A model generated the notes under the pieces. The model was not told where the DNA came from, searched no databases, and saw only the letters and a list, made by a program, of their open reading frames with translations. DNA of 63,861 nt, counting the filler, from Licmophora abbreviata (taxonomy: Eukaryota), in assembly GCA_900291995.1 (NCBI GenBank). It is 13 parts of 13 records of this genome, joined end to end, with 100 filler letters (N's around TTAATTAATTAA, not from the genome) between each part and the next. Parts side by side here need not be neighbours in the genome. Positions count along the whole stretch, not along the records: positions 35,008 to 42,788 come from OLMU01002480.1; positions 42,889 to 48,338 come from OLMU01002481.1; 11 more parts are not named here. One strand, written 5' to 3'. Both the position numbers and the translations under genes were made by a program. Within the stretch, counting starts at the first letter, position 1. Every line of letters starts with the position of its first letter. Below are positions 35,107-45,416 of this stretch, piece after piece.

Positions 35107-35985
35107 CTATACGCCCGCATGTACCCACTCAGCCACCCACCTAGCAGCATCTTGCTCTCCACGGACCCACCATTCTCGCAACTCGCTCGAAGTAGCCGCC
35201 CCCGACGCCACTCGTAGCGCACGCAAGTTTTGAATCGAGGTCCTTACACGAAACCCACCACGACAGTGCAGTTCCGGCAAGAAAAACGCAAACGATGTGT
35301 CCCTTGGACTTATACGGGAAAGCGACGAATTGAGGTTCATGATGGAACCCGATATGGGAGACACGGTCACACAATGATGGCAGTCTTTGTCATCTGGTGT
35401 CGGTGGCGCGGGTCCAGCAATGCCTCCATCCACATGATAGTTTCCATCTTCAGTCAGTATTCCTTCTGCATCTGAATAAGAGAGCGATCCGGAGCTATTT
35501 AACACGTCGATCGGGTGGAACGACGGAGGGATCGTACACGATGCCTTGACCCAATTCATCAAGACGGAGAAGTCGACATGTTGGGCTGGATCGTAATGAA
35601 ACAAGTGGACCGACCCATCGTGACACTTGGTAGTACAAATGTGAAGCTGCATGCTGTGGTGGGAATTGGAAGTTTTCGCCGTCGTCGGTGGCGCTCGTGG
35701 ACGCACTGTTTTCAACACTTCCCTGAGATGATGCAATCCACGCCCACGATCTTGTATGAATCGATCGGCAAATTCTTTTAAACGCTCTGGTGCCTGCGTC
35801 ATGACAGTAGCCGCTATGGACCCGGCACTGGAACCCGCGACGTGTCGAATCGGGGGAAGTCGCAGCGCTGTTCCATGCTCAACATGCGTTTGCAAGAACA
35901 GGGTGTGACAGACAGCCAAGTGATAGGGGAGCAAATGGCCCCCGCCACTCAACGACAACGACAGGAATCCGGGACGCGGTGTCAT
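35107..35985 (-). CDS. Patatin-like phospholipase/lipase (PNPLA-like)
   Basis: LSLSGGG..L.YH, nucleophile GSSAG, ASCTIP, DGG catalytic Asp, RGEQDA. Confidence 0.9.
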   Translation of the reverse strand: MTPRPGFLSLSLSGGGHLLPYHLAVCHTLFLQTHVEHGTALRLPPIRHVAGSSAGSIAATVMTQAPERLKEFADRFIQDRGRGLHHLREVLKTVRPRAPPTTAKTSNSHHSMQLHICTTKCHDGSVHLFHYDPAQHVDFSVLMNWVKASCTIPPSFHPIDVLNSSGSLSYSDAEGILTEDGNYHVDGGIAGPAPPTPDDKDCHHCVTVSPISGSIMNLNSSLSRISPRDTSFAFFLPELHCRGGFRVRTSIQNLRALRVASGAATSSELREWWVRGEQDAARWVAEWVHAGV

Positions 35986-36416
35986 GGGAGCATTCCTGAG
36001 CGAATTAAAAACAGTCGAGCGCAGTCGACGGTGCTCTATCAAGACCCACGGGCATAGCGTCGTCGTGGGCAGACAGCCATCATGGTGACTGTGGCGCCGT
36101 TCCTCTGACTTTCAACTTGGTCGAAATTGTGAGATGGTGGCATAAATATGATGACGTCGTCGCATGCGTTGGATTCTTGTGTACTTAGAGATCTGACTTT
36201 CAATCTGCGCGTGCCAGCTATACCGGTCGTGGCTCGCTAGCTCGGTGCTAGTCGTAGACGTCGAAGACAAAACGAACACGGAACTGAAGAAGTGCGGGCA
36301 GCAAGGTCACAACCGAGAGTAGAGAGACGATGGAAATCGACTCGTGAGTGTCTTTGTCAAAACACACTTGTCTGCTCATTGAATACGGTCGCTCTCTCTA
36401 GTCACTGTAGTGCTAC

Positions 36417-37478
36417 ATGTCAAGGATGGGTCTCGTGTCTGCGGAGGTGGAACCGATGCCTTCTTTGTCATCCTTGAACTTGAATGGGTCTAGCACTCGC
36501 AACTTGAACCCTCACGAGGGCCAGCACCCTGACCTGCAGAACATGTGTGTCGTGGACGGGGCCACGATGAATCGCATCATTCCCAATAGCAATCCCATGC
36601 CCCTGGACAATGAACTCTTCAGTGGCGAAGTCTTTCTCATGATCCGAACTCCCGACGTCGATGACCCGAAGGCGCACCAGCCTTCCGGAAGCGTTGCAAA
36701 ACGAATCTCTCTGTACAAGAAGGGAAAGCTCCGTCGCTTTGAATTCCAATTTCGTATCAAGCTCAAGCAAAAGCCACAAGGACCCTTGTTTCTGGGATGC
36801 GAACTCGAGCATCCGGTTAAAATCGGGCGCGTCGTCAAGGGACTCACCGGAGTACTGTTGGCCATGATTCGCCGAATCAACAGTGGATTTCATTACTCAT
36901 GGGGGAACGAAAAGGCCTCGTTGGATAAAGATGATCTGGCATCGGGGACCTATGAAGCAACGCACTTGTCGTTTCCAGTGGAGGCTAGTATGGATCGGAT
37001 TGTTGTTACAAAGCCGGGAGAAACGCCTCCTGAGCTGGGACACGAGCTATTCGAGACTCCAGAGAGTGTTAAGCGTCGACGAAAGATGGGAGCCGGAAGT
37101 GTTGACTGGAACTTAGAAGATACGTATACCATGTGTCTTTGGAGTGCCTACTGTGACTGGATCAAGTGGAAATGTGTCAACGTCCCCGGCGTACGACCCT
37201 TCTCCCTATCGAACGTCACGGGCAAGCAACCTATTTACCTCTGCGTCTACGAAGTCAAAGGCATCACCAATGCCGAGTACAAGAAGAAAAAGCCACCCCA
37301 CTATCGCAAGGATCTTTCCATTTTTACACGCCTGGAGTTCTCCCATCGCAAGAAGACGGAAGGCGGGTTGGCGGCTCAGTTGTATGCCAAGGAAGGTACG
37401 AATGAGACCGAGTCGGAAGTCACGGAGTCCGACCTCTTGGACAAGGATTCCAGTCAGCATTCAAGCATGTCTGCCTAA
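36417..37478 (+). CDS. DUF1769-like protein
   Basis: 353-aa ORF with ELFSGEV..MIR, RRFEFQF, GPLFLGCEL, FHYSWG, YTMCLWSAYCDW..W, a pattern typical of DUF1769. Confidence 0.7.
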   Translation: MSRMGLVSAEVEPMPSLSSLNLNGSSTRNLNPHEGQHPDLQNMCVVDGATMNRIIPNSNPMPLDNELFSGEVFLMIRTPDVDDPKAHQPSGSVAKRISLYKKGKLRRFEFQFRIKLKQKPQGPLFLGCELEHPVKIGRVVKGLTGVLLAMIRRINSGFHYSWGNEKASLDKDDLASGTYEATHLSFPVEASMDRIVVTKPGETPPELGHELFETPESVKRRRKMGAGSVDWNLEDTYTMCLWSAYCDWIKWKCVNVPGVRPFSLSNVTGKQPIYLCVYEVKGITNAEYKKKKPPHYRKDLSIFTRLEFSHRKKTEGGLAAQLYAKEGTNETESEVTESDLLDKDSSQHSSMSA

Positions 37479-37656
37479 ATGGTGGGTGAGGACGATGCGG
37501 TAGGTGGAAGGACCGAAGCGGGCGTTAACAAGTGGCGCCTAGTAGAGGAGAGGAGGTTATTGTACATGAAACCATACCTCGCATACTTAAAAGTCAATGT
37601 TGCGTGAACTTTGAATGCAGTCTTATCCTACTATGGCACTACTACTACAACTAGAG

Positions 37657-40600
37657 TTACAAGGGCGGTAGCTCTGTCCGACAGATCGGACACTCCATCT
37701 TGACGTCCATCCATTGGACAAGACACTCGCGATGAAAAATGTGATCGCAAGGTGCCAGCATGTAACCTCGTCGGTTTTGCACGTCGATGGCATTGTAGCA
37801 AATGACACAGTCGAGCGTACAAGCAGAAGAATGGTCGGGAACCGGCTCTTCTGTTGTCATCAAGGTGCTCTCGGCACGCGTCGTATTGCGCCGGTTGCGA
37901 TTGCGTGTCCCCGTGGAGGATCGTTCGGAGGGTGCAGAATTCTCCGTGGGGAGCAGCGTCTGCATCTCTGTGGTGTGCTCGCTATCCACCAAGGGCGGAG
38001 GAGACTCGGGCGGAGGTAGCATGGAGGCGGGAATTGGTCGACTGTAGTCAAACTTGGGCGGAAGGAATCGAGCGGGAATCATGAAGCGGGCGCCGTACTT
38101 AGACTGGCCAACGAGCACCGCCGTCTGAATTCCGACCCAGAGTACCAAGCACTGACACATGAGGACGTCGCTTGGAGCGTCTGGATACACTTCCTTGAGG
38201 AAGTTGTTGGGGGCGGCAAAGATATAGAGCGGCGAGACGAGCCTCGTCAAGCTCATACCGTAAACGTAGTAGTGGTGTAGCGGGCGCTTCGACTCTGTGA
38301 TGACATTCTGGACAATCTGCGGTACCCAGAAGGAGTACAATGCCAGCATGTAAATGACACGGTAGCTGTCTCCTGCATAAAAGAAAAGAAAAAACGCCGC
38401 CATCACGGCAGCATAAAAGCGAAGGTGCAACATAGCCAACTGTCGACGCAATACCTCAGTCGTCACGGAGCCTCCGTTAGAGTTGTTCCGGGCCTGTATT
38501 ATGATTGCCATGTATTTCATTTCAATCACGCAAAAAACGAGCAGTTTAAAAAATGCAACGCTGGCAAAGGCTGTGAAGAGTGGCTGCATCGCGAGACTCA
38601 GATAGATGTGGGCGAGACAAAGGAGTGCGTCGAGGACCGTCTGCCAACCGACTGCCAACAGAGACACTCGGATCGCCGCGGACTGCGACTGTGAATGCAG
38701 CAGCTGTCGTAGTAGTACAACGATCTGAGTGAGGCATGTCAACATCATGTAAAAGCTGTAGTTGATCGCCTTTCCCGTTGTGAGCTCCCAATCGGTGCGA
38801 ATCGCTGTAGCGTTCAATGTGGACACAAAATCACAATTAGGCGAGACGATAGATCCCGCCATCATCATAGCAAGCGCAGCGTCCTCGACAGCCTTCCTCC
38901 GTCTCCTTTTGTTTATCCGGACCGATGCACTTGTTCTGCGATCCGTCTCGGGCTCTTCGTCTTCGTTTATATCATCCTCGGCCTTCCGCAACGACGGATT
39001 CAGCTCATGCGTCTCGTGAACGTGCCGACCTACGAGTTTTCGCCACTCCTCGACAGACCATTCGATTTCCATAATGTCCAGATTGATCTCAAATTCGCAA
39101 AGACCCGCGTTGGCCTCGAGCACTTGCTCACGAGATGGCATTCGACGTGACGCAGGTGTCTTCGCTTTTCGCACGGTCTCGTACCTGTCATCGTATACGA
39201 AAGGATACGGCACAATATTCCTCGAGAGAGGCATCATCTCAGACGTCGCAAGTACTTCCGTCGTCGCGGAGGTATCCTTGGACAACTGTGTGTGCTGTGC
39301 CTCCACCAGCGTGGCGTTTTCCTGTCTTCCTAGCGGGTCTTCCCTCACCGTTATTCCAGCGGTGTGCTCTTCCGGTGAATCTTCGTCATCAGACTTCATT
39401 CTGCCTTTTACGATTGCTTCTAGCTTGTTCTCTCCAAATGCTTGTGAAGTGAACACGCCGCTCCGTCCTGCATTGGTTGAGTCAACCAACTTGCGTGGGA
39501 AAGGGAGATCAGCATCGTGGCTCACCCCATCGGCCGCTGCAGCGGCTATGTCAATGGAAGAAATTTCCCCCACGGCCGACTGGGAGTCATTCAAGGAGTC
39601 CGGCGGATACAGTCCCAGAATCTCGTCACGAATCTGCTCGATTTTCTGACTCGATGGATCGGCAGCGATGTTGGTAAGGGAGTGCTGAAGGCGCCGATGT
39701 CGTCGCTTGTCTGATTCTTCCGAATTTTCCGACAATACAAGCGCACTGCGCCCTGGACTGACGTTGGATACGAGGGAGACACGACCAATAGCATGAATCA
39801 TGACTCCTCGCACACGCAACAAAACGTCCCGCCGCGTTGAGTATCCCGCAGATGTGGAGTCATAGAGTTTGATAAATCCGTCGATGAGACTCATTTCTTG
39901 CATGGAGGGAATGGATCGTGAGTACAACTGGAAAGCAGCCCGCCCGGAATTTCTCTTTAGTGGAAGCTCAGGAGGAGGCGATTCGTCCTCCGCTTTTTCC
40001 ACAAGCACGTTGAGTTCGGGATGAGACATTCGCACCCAAGGTGATTTGGGGATGTTGGACATCTGAGATCGAAGGGCTTCGCGTGCAACAGACGCTGCCG
40101 GCAGCTCTGAATTGAGCGCCGTGAAGTTATCGGGCATTTTCACTTCCGTATGCGTGGGGAGCAGAAAGACACCTATTCGCTCCTCTCGGTCGGCCAACCA
40201 TTCCTTCATTGGTGTCTCCAGCTCGACAGCCGTATGGTACAGAGTCGACTCGCTGACTTTGCTCGGCTCGACGGCGTCCTTCACTGAGCTTCCGTCTTCA
40301 TCATCGGAAGGAACATGTCGCTGCCATTCTCCACGGTAGAATCCCGTTGCGTTCCAAGGATAATGAAACACGAGTTTTTCTCGAGGAGACCCCTCATCTT
40401 TCGAATCTGCATCGGTCAAGTTCTCACTAGACTTTTGGCCCACTTCTTCATCGTCATCTTCCGGTGTGTTTTCCTTTTCGCGCTCTTCGGCCCACTTCCT
40501 CACTAGCTCCTGATGGTTGACATTTTCATTCAGCTCAACCAGAGTTCGATACCGCGGGTGTGTTCGGGTCACTTGCTGGATCTGCGCCTCCTGCTCTTGT

Positions 40601-40845
40601 CGTGCCTGGAACAAGTCTTCCTCCAGAGGCGTTACCCGTTTGGTCTTCTGCCGGCGCAAGCGATACGAGCGATTCTGGCGTGATCGTGTCGACTGCTCTT
40701 CGCTGTCCATCAGCAAGAGCATGAGCATAAACATGAGAAGCAATCGCACAGTTCGCTGTCGCCGCTCTCGCTCTCTCCAATCCATGCCATTCGTAGGCAT
40801 GGGCCCGTCCCACGGGTCGCCCGGTGGCGGAGGAATCATAATCAT
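37657..40845 (-). CDS. Transmembrane RING-H2 E3 ligase (Tul1/Dsc1/FLY1-like)
   Basis: 1062 aa; luminal N-terminus with N.TG.Y.G.W, about 7 TM helices (SFWVPQIVQN), C-terminal CVIC...PCDHIFHRECLVQWMDVKMECPICR. Confidence 0.9.
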   Translation of the reverse strand: MIMIPPPPGDPWDGPMPTNGMDWRERERRQRTVRLLLMFMLMLLLMDSEEQSTRSRQNRSYRLRRQKTKRVTPLEEDLFQARQEQEAQIQQVTRTHPRYRTLVELNENVNHQELVRKWAEEREKENTPEDDDEEVGQKSSENLTDADSKDEGSPREKLVFHYPWNATGFYRGEWQRHVPSDDEDGSSVKDAVEPSKVSESTLYHTAVELETPMKEWLADREERIGVFLLPTHTEVKMPDNFTALNSELPAASVAREALRSQMSNIPKSPWVRMSHPELNVLVEKAEDESPPPELPLKRNSGRAAFQLYSRSIPSMQEMSLIDGFIKLYDSTSAGYSTRRDVLLRVRGVMIHAIGRVSLVSNVSPGRSALVLSENSEESDKRRHRRLQHSLTNIAADPSSQKIEQIRDEILGLYPPDSLNDSQSAVGEISSIDIAAAAADGVSHDADLPFPRKLVDSTNAGRSGVFTSQAFGENKLEAIVKGRMKSDDEDSPEEHTAGITVREDPLGRQENATLVEAQHTQLSKDTSATTEVLATSEMMPLSRNIVPYPFVYDDRYETVRKAKTPASRRMPSREQVLEANAGLCEFEINLDIMEIEWSVEEWRKLVGRHVHETHELNPSLRKAEDDINEDEEPETDRRTSASVRINKRRRRKAVEDAALAMMMAGSIVSPNCDFVSTLNATAIRTDWELTTGKAINYSFYMMLTCLTQIVVLLRQLLHSQSQSAAIRVSLLAVGWQTVLDALLCLAHIYLSLAMQPLFTAFASVAFFKLLVFCVIEMKYMAIIIQARNNSNGGSVTTEVLRRQLAMLHLRFYAAVMAAFFLFFYAGDSYRVIYMLALYSFWVPQIVQNVITESKRPLHHYYVYGMSLTRLVSPLYIFAAPNNFLKEVYPDAPSDVLMCQCLVLWVGIQTAVLVGQSKYGARFMIPARFLPPKFDYSRPIPASMLPPPESPPPLVDSEHTTEMQTLLPTENSAPSERSSTGTRNRNRRNTTRAESTLMTTEEPVPDHSSACTLDCVICYNAIDVQNRRGYMLAPCDHIFHRECLVQWMDVKMECPICRTELPPL

Positions 40846-41441
40846 TTGCGGGGCTTGGTAGCTTGGTCGTGTGGTCGCGTAGGATCAATAGGATCTTCTA
40901 CGAACACAGTCGAGCAACTTGGCGAATGTTAATTTTGTTAAATTTGGCCAAGCCAATTGCCGAGCGGTGAGTTCCCAAGCTTCCTTCTGGTCAGCAGGAA
41001 CTCAATTCGGTGATTATATCGTAAATTGGAAGCTTGATGCTACCAAAGTAGAGTCACGGAATGAGCTTCGCGTCACAAGCAGCTTCATGGGCATTCCATC
41101 TCGCTCAAGTGCCAAGGAATAGAAGAATGCCAATTCCGTATTCTTAAGTCTCGCCCTATTGCAACCGAGGGTGAGTTATAAGTCGTACCTCGATACCTGC
41201 AGGAGACGTTCAACGCGCCACTCTACAGAGCAACGCCATCTTGTCTCTTCTCAAACACATATGGTCAGATAAGGTTGCGGTAAGAAAACAAAACAATCAA
41301 GGCAACACAATCAAGGAGAAGTTTCGCCAAACATCCTAGAAATACTGCTCTTCTAGTCTATTGAAAGGAAGTGAGGATACGGATCTGTTAGTACCCGGGA
41401 TGCCGTTCGGCGCGAGAGCTGCTTTCTAAATAAATACGCTT

Positions 41442-42788
41442 CTAGGCGTACGTTGAGAGCTTTCTGTGTATTCTTTTTGCCGCCCTCTTGCCAGAGATAT
41501 ATGCACCAAATGTTGTTCCATAGTCCTTTGATGTAGCTTCGCCCGCCCAATACAGCCGTTTGCCTACCTGGGCGGTCAGGTCACTGCGCGCATTTTCGAG
41601 CCGCTTCCTGCCTCCAACATTAAAGAAGGAGTAGGACCCACGCGCAAACTCGTCCTGTCCCCATCTACTTATCACGTGTTTCGATGGTTCGGGCACGTGT
41701 TTTCCTAGCATCGCGCGGAGATTGGCCAGAACTTGTGCCACTATTGTTTCGTTCGATTGCTGCTCGGCAGCCAAGGCATTATCGCCTCCGATCCAAGCTG
41801 AGAGAACAAAGTGTCCACCGTTTCCAATCTCTCGGTCATTGAAAAATGTGGTCCACACACCCGACGTTGCATCATCTTCCGTAATCAACGACAAGTACTG
41901 CTTTCCATGGGGCCACCATTTCGCCGTTTGAGCTTCACTTTCCCAATAAAAAATGCACTTGTCGAGGACACCAAAGCCAATATAATCTATTGCATCTTGT
42001 TTCCATTTCGGAAGAGTCGGAACGAACTCTATGGATTTGGCTTTCAGAACTCCCAACGGTGCCGTGACGAGGACTTTCTCCGCTAGCTTTGTTTGTTTGG
42101 TACCGTCCGTTGTATCGATGTAGCTAACCTTTGCAAGGCGGTCGTCGCTGTGCTCAATCGACGTGACAACGTGGTTCAGTCTAATCTTGTCTATCAGCGG
42201 ATCGGCCACCGTTGCCAGCACCTTGTCGAAACCTCCTCCTTCCACCGGCACATAGTAGTCTGCACCACAGAAAAAGCAGCCTTCCAATGCGTGATCAGCA
42301 ATGTAGCTTGCAGACATTTCATCAAGGGACGCTGCATACTCCACTTGCACTTGGCCGTGAATCATGGCCTGCAGAAATTGTCGAGCCTTGGAATCTTCAG
42401 TGTATCCGCGCTGCTTTACGAAGCCATCAAGGATTGCCCTATACGAGACGTCTTTTCCCGATTTTTTGGTGGCGACAGTCTGACTCTCAGAGTAGGGCGC
42501 AAACTCGTCCCACCATACCTTGTCAATAAGCGTTTTGCGTTCGGACCCGACGAGTTCTCCTTTGACAGCCTTTGATTCCCCCGCAAACTTGCCCGACTGG
42601 TAGAGGCCAAAGGTCTTCTCCAAGTCGTAATCGATTTCACCGTAAGGAATACCGTGTTCTTCGAGAATGTCGTGAACGTCGTTGCCCTCGTACGTCCAAG
42701 CGCTGCCCACCTCCACGGCGAGATCATCCGTGAAGTCATAGACGGTGTGACTTCGTCCTCCCACTCGATCCCGAGCTTCAAGAATTTC
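41442..42788 (-). CDS. Flavin-containing amine oxidase (polyamine oxidase/LSD1-like), 5' truncated by gap
   Basis: LEARDRVGGR, EVGSAW, VLVTAPLGVLK, LPKWK..AI..IGFG, SRWGQDEFARGSYS, WAGEAT...TTFGAY.SG.RAA. Confidence 0.9.
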   Translation of the reverse strand, partial: EILEARDRVGGRSHTVYDFTDDLAVEVGSAWTYEGNDVHDILEEHGIPYGEIDYDLEKTFGLYQSGKFAGESKAVKGELVGSERKTLIDKVWWDEFAPYSESQTVATKKSGKDVSYRAILDGFVKQRGYTEDSKARQFLQAMIHGQVQVEYAASLDEMSASYIADHALEGCFFCGADYYVPVEGGGFDKVLATVADPLIDKIRLNHVVTSIEHSDDRLAKVSYIDTTDGTKQTKLAEKVLVTAPLGVLKAKSIEFVPTLPKWKQDAIDYIGFGVLDKCIFYWESEAQTAKWWPHGKQYLSLITEDDATSGVWTTFFNDREIGNGGHFVLSAWIGGDNALAAEQQSNETIVAQVLANLRAMLGKHVPEPSKHVISRWGQDEFARGSYSFFNVGGRKRLENARSDLTAQVGKRLYWAGEATSKDYGTTFGAYISGKRAAKRIHRKLSTYA

Positions 42789-42888
42789 NNNNNNNNNNNN
42801 NNNNNNNNNNNNNNNNNNNNNNNNNNNNNNNNTTAATTAATTAANNNNNNNNNNNNNNNNNNNNNNNNNNNNNNNNNNNNNNNNNNNN
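42789..42888. other. Artificial contig linker
   Basis: 44 N + TTAATTAATTAA + 44 N. Confidence 0.98.
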
Positions 42889-43028
42889 CGTGTGTGAAGT
42901 GGCGCGCCAAAAAATTGCAGGTTCAAGTGCTCGGAGTTTCGGCTCGCACGCGTTCACTATATCCCTAAGACGCTACATTGACAGGTAGTTCATCCGTCGT
43001 ACATTCGATCAGGATCGTAAGCTATCCT

Positions 43029-44032
43029 TCATAAACGTGGATCTTCCAGGTAGACAGTAAGCTCTACAGTATAGAGGGTGAGGGAGTCAGAGCAAGCGGT
43101 GATGAGAATGCGTCGCAAGTGCACAATCTCTAAAGAGAGGCACCAAGCGATCTAGGCGTACCTATTCCGTCTCGATAGTTGTTCCCTCGGTTGTCCCCGA
43201 CGTATTCCAAATCGCCCTCTACAAGATGCGTTTTCACTACTCCTCTGTGGGCAAGGGACTGAACATGTTGTCGATACGAGTCAATGCCATGGAAGACGAC
43301 ATTATCAGCCGCAACATGAGTCCCCGATCGGATGACTCTTGCATCTTCTAGAGCCCTAACATCTTCCAGATACATGGCTTTGTCATGATCGACCAGCAGA
43401 AAGTCGACGCAAGGCGTCTGCATTTCATTCTGAAGTAGTTCAACCAGATGTCCACTTCTGCGTACATCCCGAGTCAATACCGTAATGTATTGGCCAAGCC
43501 TGGCCAGTTGAATCAGTGTAGTTGCGACTTTTACGTTGGTGGGGTCTACTTCGACCGTGTAAACATGAAATGGTCGATCTAATTTGCGGAGAGTCGACGC
43601 CAGATGTATGGATGCGTAGCCACAATAGGTTCCAAGTTCCAGAGTCGTAAAGTTTCCTTCTGTCGTAGATCTTGAATCGGCGCACTGCTGCAGAAATGTC
43701 TTGATTGCGTTTGCTTTGTCGGGTCCAACATGCATCATCCAATGGCGCTCGAAACAAAATGTGTCGACTGCTTGAATCACTGCCCATGAAGCTTCTTCGT
43801 CATTTTGGAACGATAGTTTGCTAAGGGCATTCTCGACATGCGTCAACAAGGCGAGCTCAGTACCAGCATGGAACGCGAGAACGCCGCACTCGGGATCACG
43901 GATGGCCGCTTGTTTGCTTGTGGAGCCATCAATGGAAGCTTCCAAAGGCTCGGAAGATTCCTTCTGAAGATTATCGCTGTCCTGCAAGTCAAAGCATGCA
44001 AATGGATCGCCATCATTTCCGCTCTGTTCCAT
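43029..44032 (-). CDS. Catechol O-methyltransferase-like SAM-dependent methyltransferase
   Basis: MMHVGPDK, LELGTYCGYA, DFLLVDHDKAMYL, ADNV. An intron at ~43161-43064 gives the terminal DGIELTVY. The start could be further upstream. Confidence 0.88.
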
Positions 44033-44310
44033 GGTGCTGGTAATATGGTATCTCGCGTTTCGTACGTGTGGCCAATGAGTGAACTGCGGAAATTTTGTGA
44101 CACAAATGATTGCGGTCACACACCACATACAAGTCGCAAAAATCACTTCTGATCTTGACGAATCGTCCAACTGACCTACTAGGAAGTCATCTTTTCTTGT
44201 TGTTGGAAGTCGGTTTCCCTAGTTTACAGGGAAAGCATAAGTAGCTAGTAACTCGGCACTTTGACAGGACGAGAGTTGACACTAGATGATATATGATATG
44301 ACCACACAAT

Positions 44311-44961
44311 TTAGTTATCTTCTGACTCCGTGGCAAGCTTGATTGCCCGGGCCAGCTTGGAATTGGGTGCCTTAATGACACGAGCTACCTTGGTCGGAAC
44401 AGCCTTGATGGAACCGGCGATCATGGCGTAGAGTTCAAGCTTTGATGGAAGCTTGCCGATGGCCTTGACTCCCGCTGAATCGTATGCCTCCCCTTCAATC
44501 ACGCCTCCAAGGATTGGATGAGTCTCCAGTCTGGATTCCTCCTTGCAGAACTGATTGTAGGCCTTGATGGTCGCGCCGATGTCTTCTTCAATGAAAAACC
44601 ACATGTTGGGTCCCTTGACAAGTGACTCGGCAGAATCGTATTCGGTGCCTTCGATGGCTCGAAGCATGAGCTTATTCTTTATGACGGACATGGTAGTTCC
44701 CTCTGGAAGTGAGCGACGAAGAGTCTGAGTCTGTGCAACAGTGATATCCCCAGCGGGTACAGTAAAAACCATTTGGGAATCGTCCAGTAGCGTCTTGATG
44801 GATTCGACGCGAGCTTTCTTTCCCTCGAGCGAAGTCGCATAACCCGATGAACCGCCCATGGACAGCGTCGTCGATTGCGACGCAGGTCTATGGATCAGGG
44901 GCGTGCCTGTAAAGGCAGCCGCGACCGAGAGGACCGACAGGAAAAGGACGGGCTGCTTCAT
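44311..44961 (-). CDS. rpl10: Plastid 50S ribosomal protein L10, nuclear-encoded
   Basis: Bipartite presequence MKQPVLFLSVLSVAAA-FT; ITVAQ..TLRRSL, VIKNKLM.RAI, KGPN, KLPSK.EL.A.IAG.IKA. Confidence 0.9.
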   Translation of the reverse strand: MKQPVLFLSVLSVAAAFTGTPLIHRPASQSTTLSMGGSSGYATSLEGKKARVESIKTLLDDSQMVFTVPAGDITVAQTQTLRRSLPEGTTMSVIKNKLMLRAIEGTEYDSAESLVKGPNMWFFIEEDIGATIKAYNQFCKEESRLETHPILGGVIEGEAYDSAGVKAIGKLPSKLELYAMIAGSIKAVPTKVARVIKAPNSKLARAIKLATESEDN

Positions 44962-45416
44962 CGTCAAACGAACGGCGCGAAAGTTTGCTTGCTGCGGAGA
45001 GACAGCAGCGACGTCGTCGTGATGTGAGTCAACGGCGGTAAAACATCAGTGATGGCTGCAGTCCACTGATTTGTTCTGTCGCCGTGTGCATGACGTACGA
45101 GCGTAGAAAATGTACGGCTGTGATAGATCGGAACTTGCGAACTACGGCTCATAACCTACTGGTGAAATTCTGGATGTCTGTCCGTCTTCATTAAGCGATG
45201 TGGCCTGCCGAGTAGGACGATGTAGGGGCCGCGATGAGATGTTTTCCGCCTAGCAAAACAACCACCGCGACCACCTATGGCATACACTAAAAGGAAGTTT
45301 CCAGTCAGTCTATCTATAGATGGGACTACTGGCCTTATGTCGATATGTGCCTTCCTATATGACCATGGTAGCTATCAGCCAGTTGCAGCTACAACTACAA
45401 CTCTGCAAGCAAGCAA

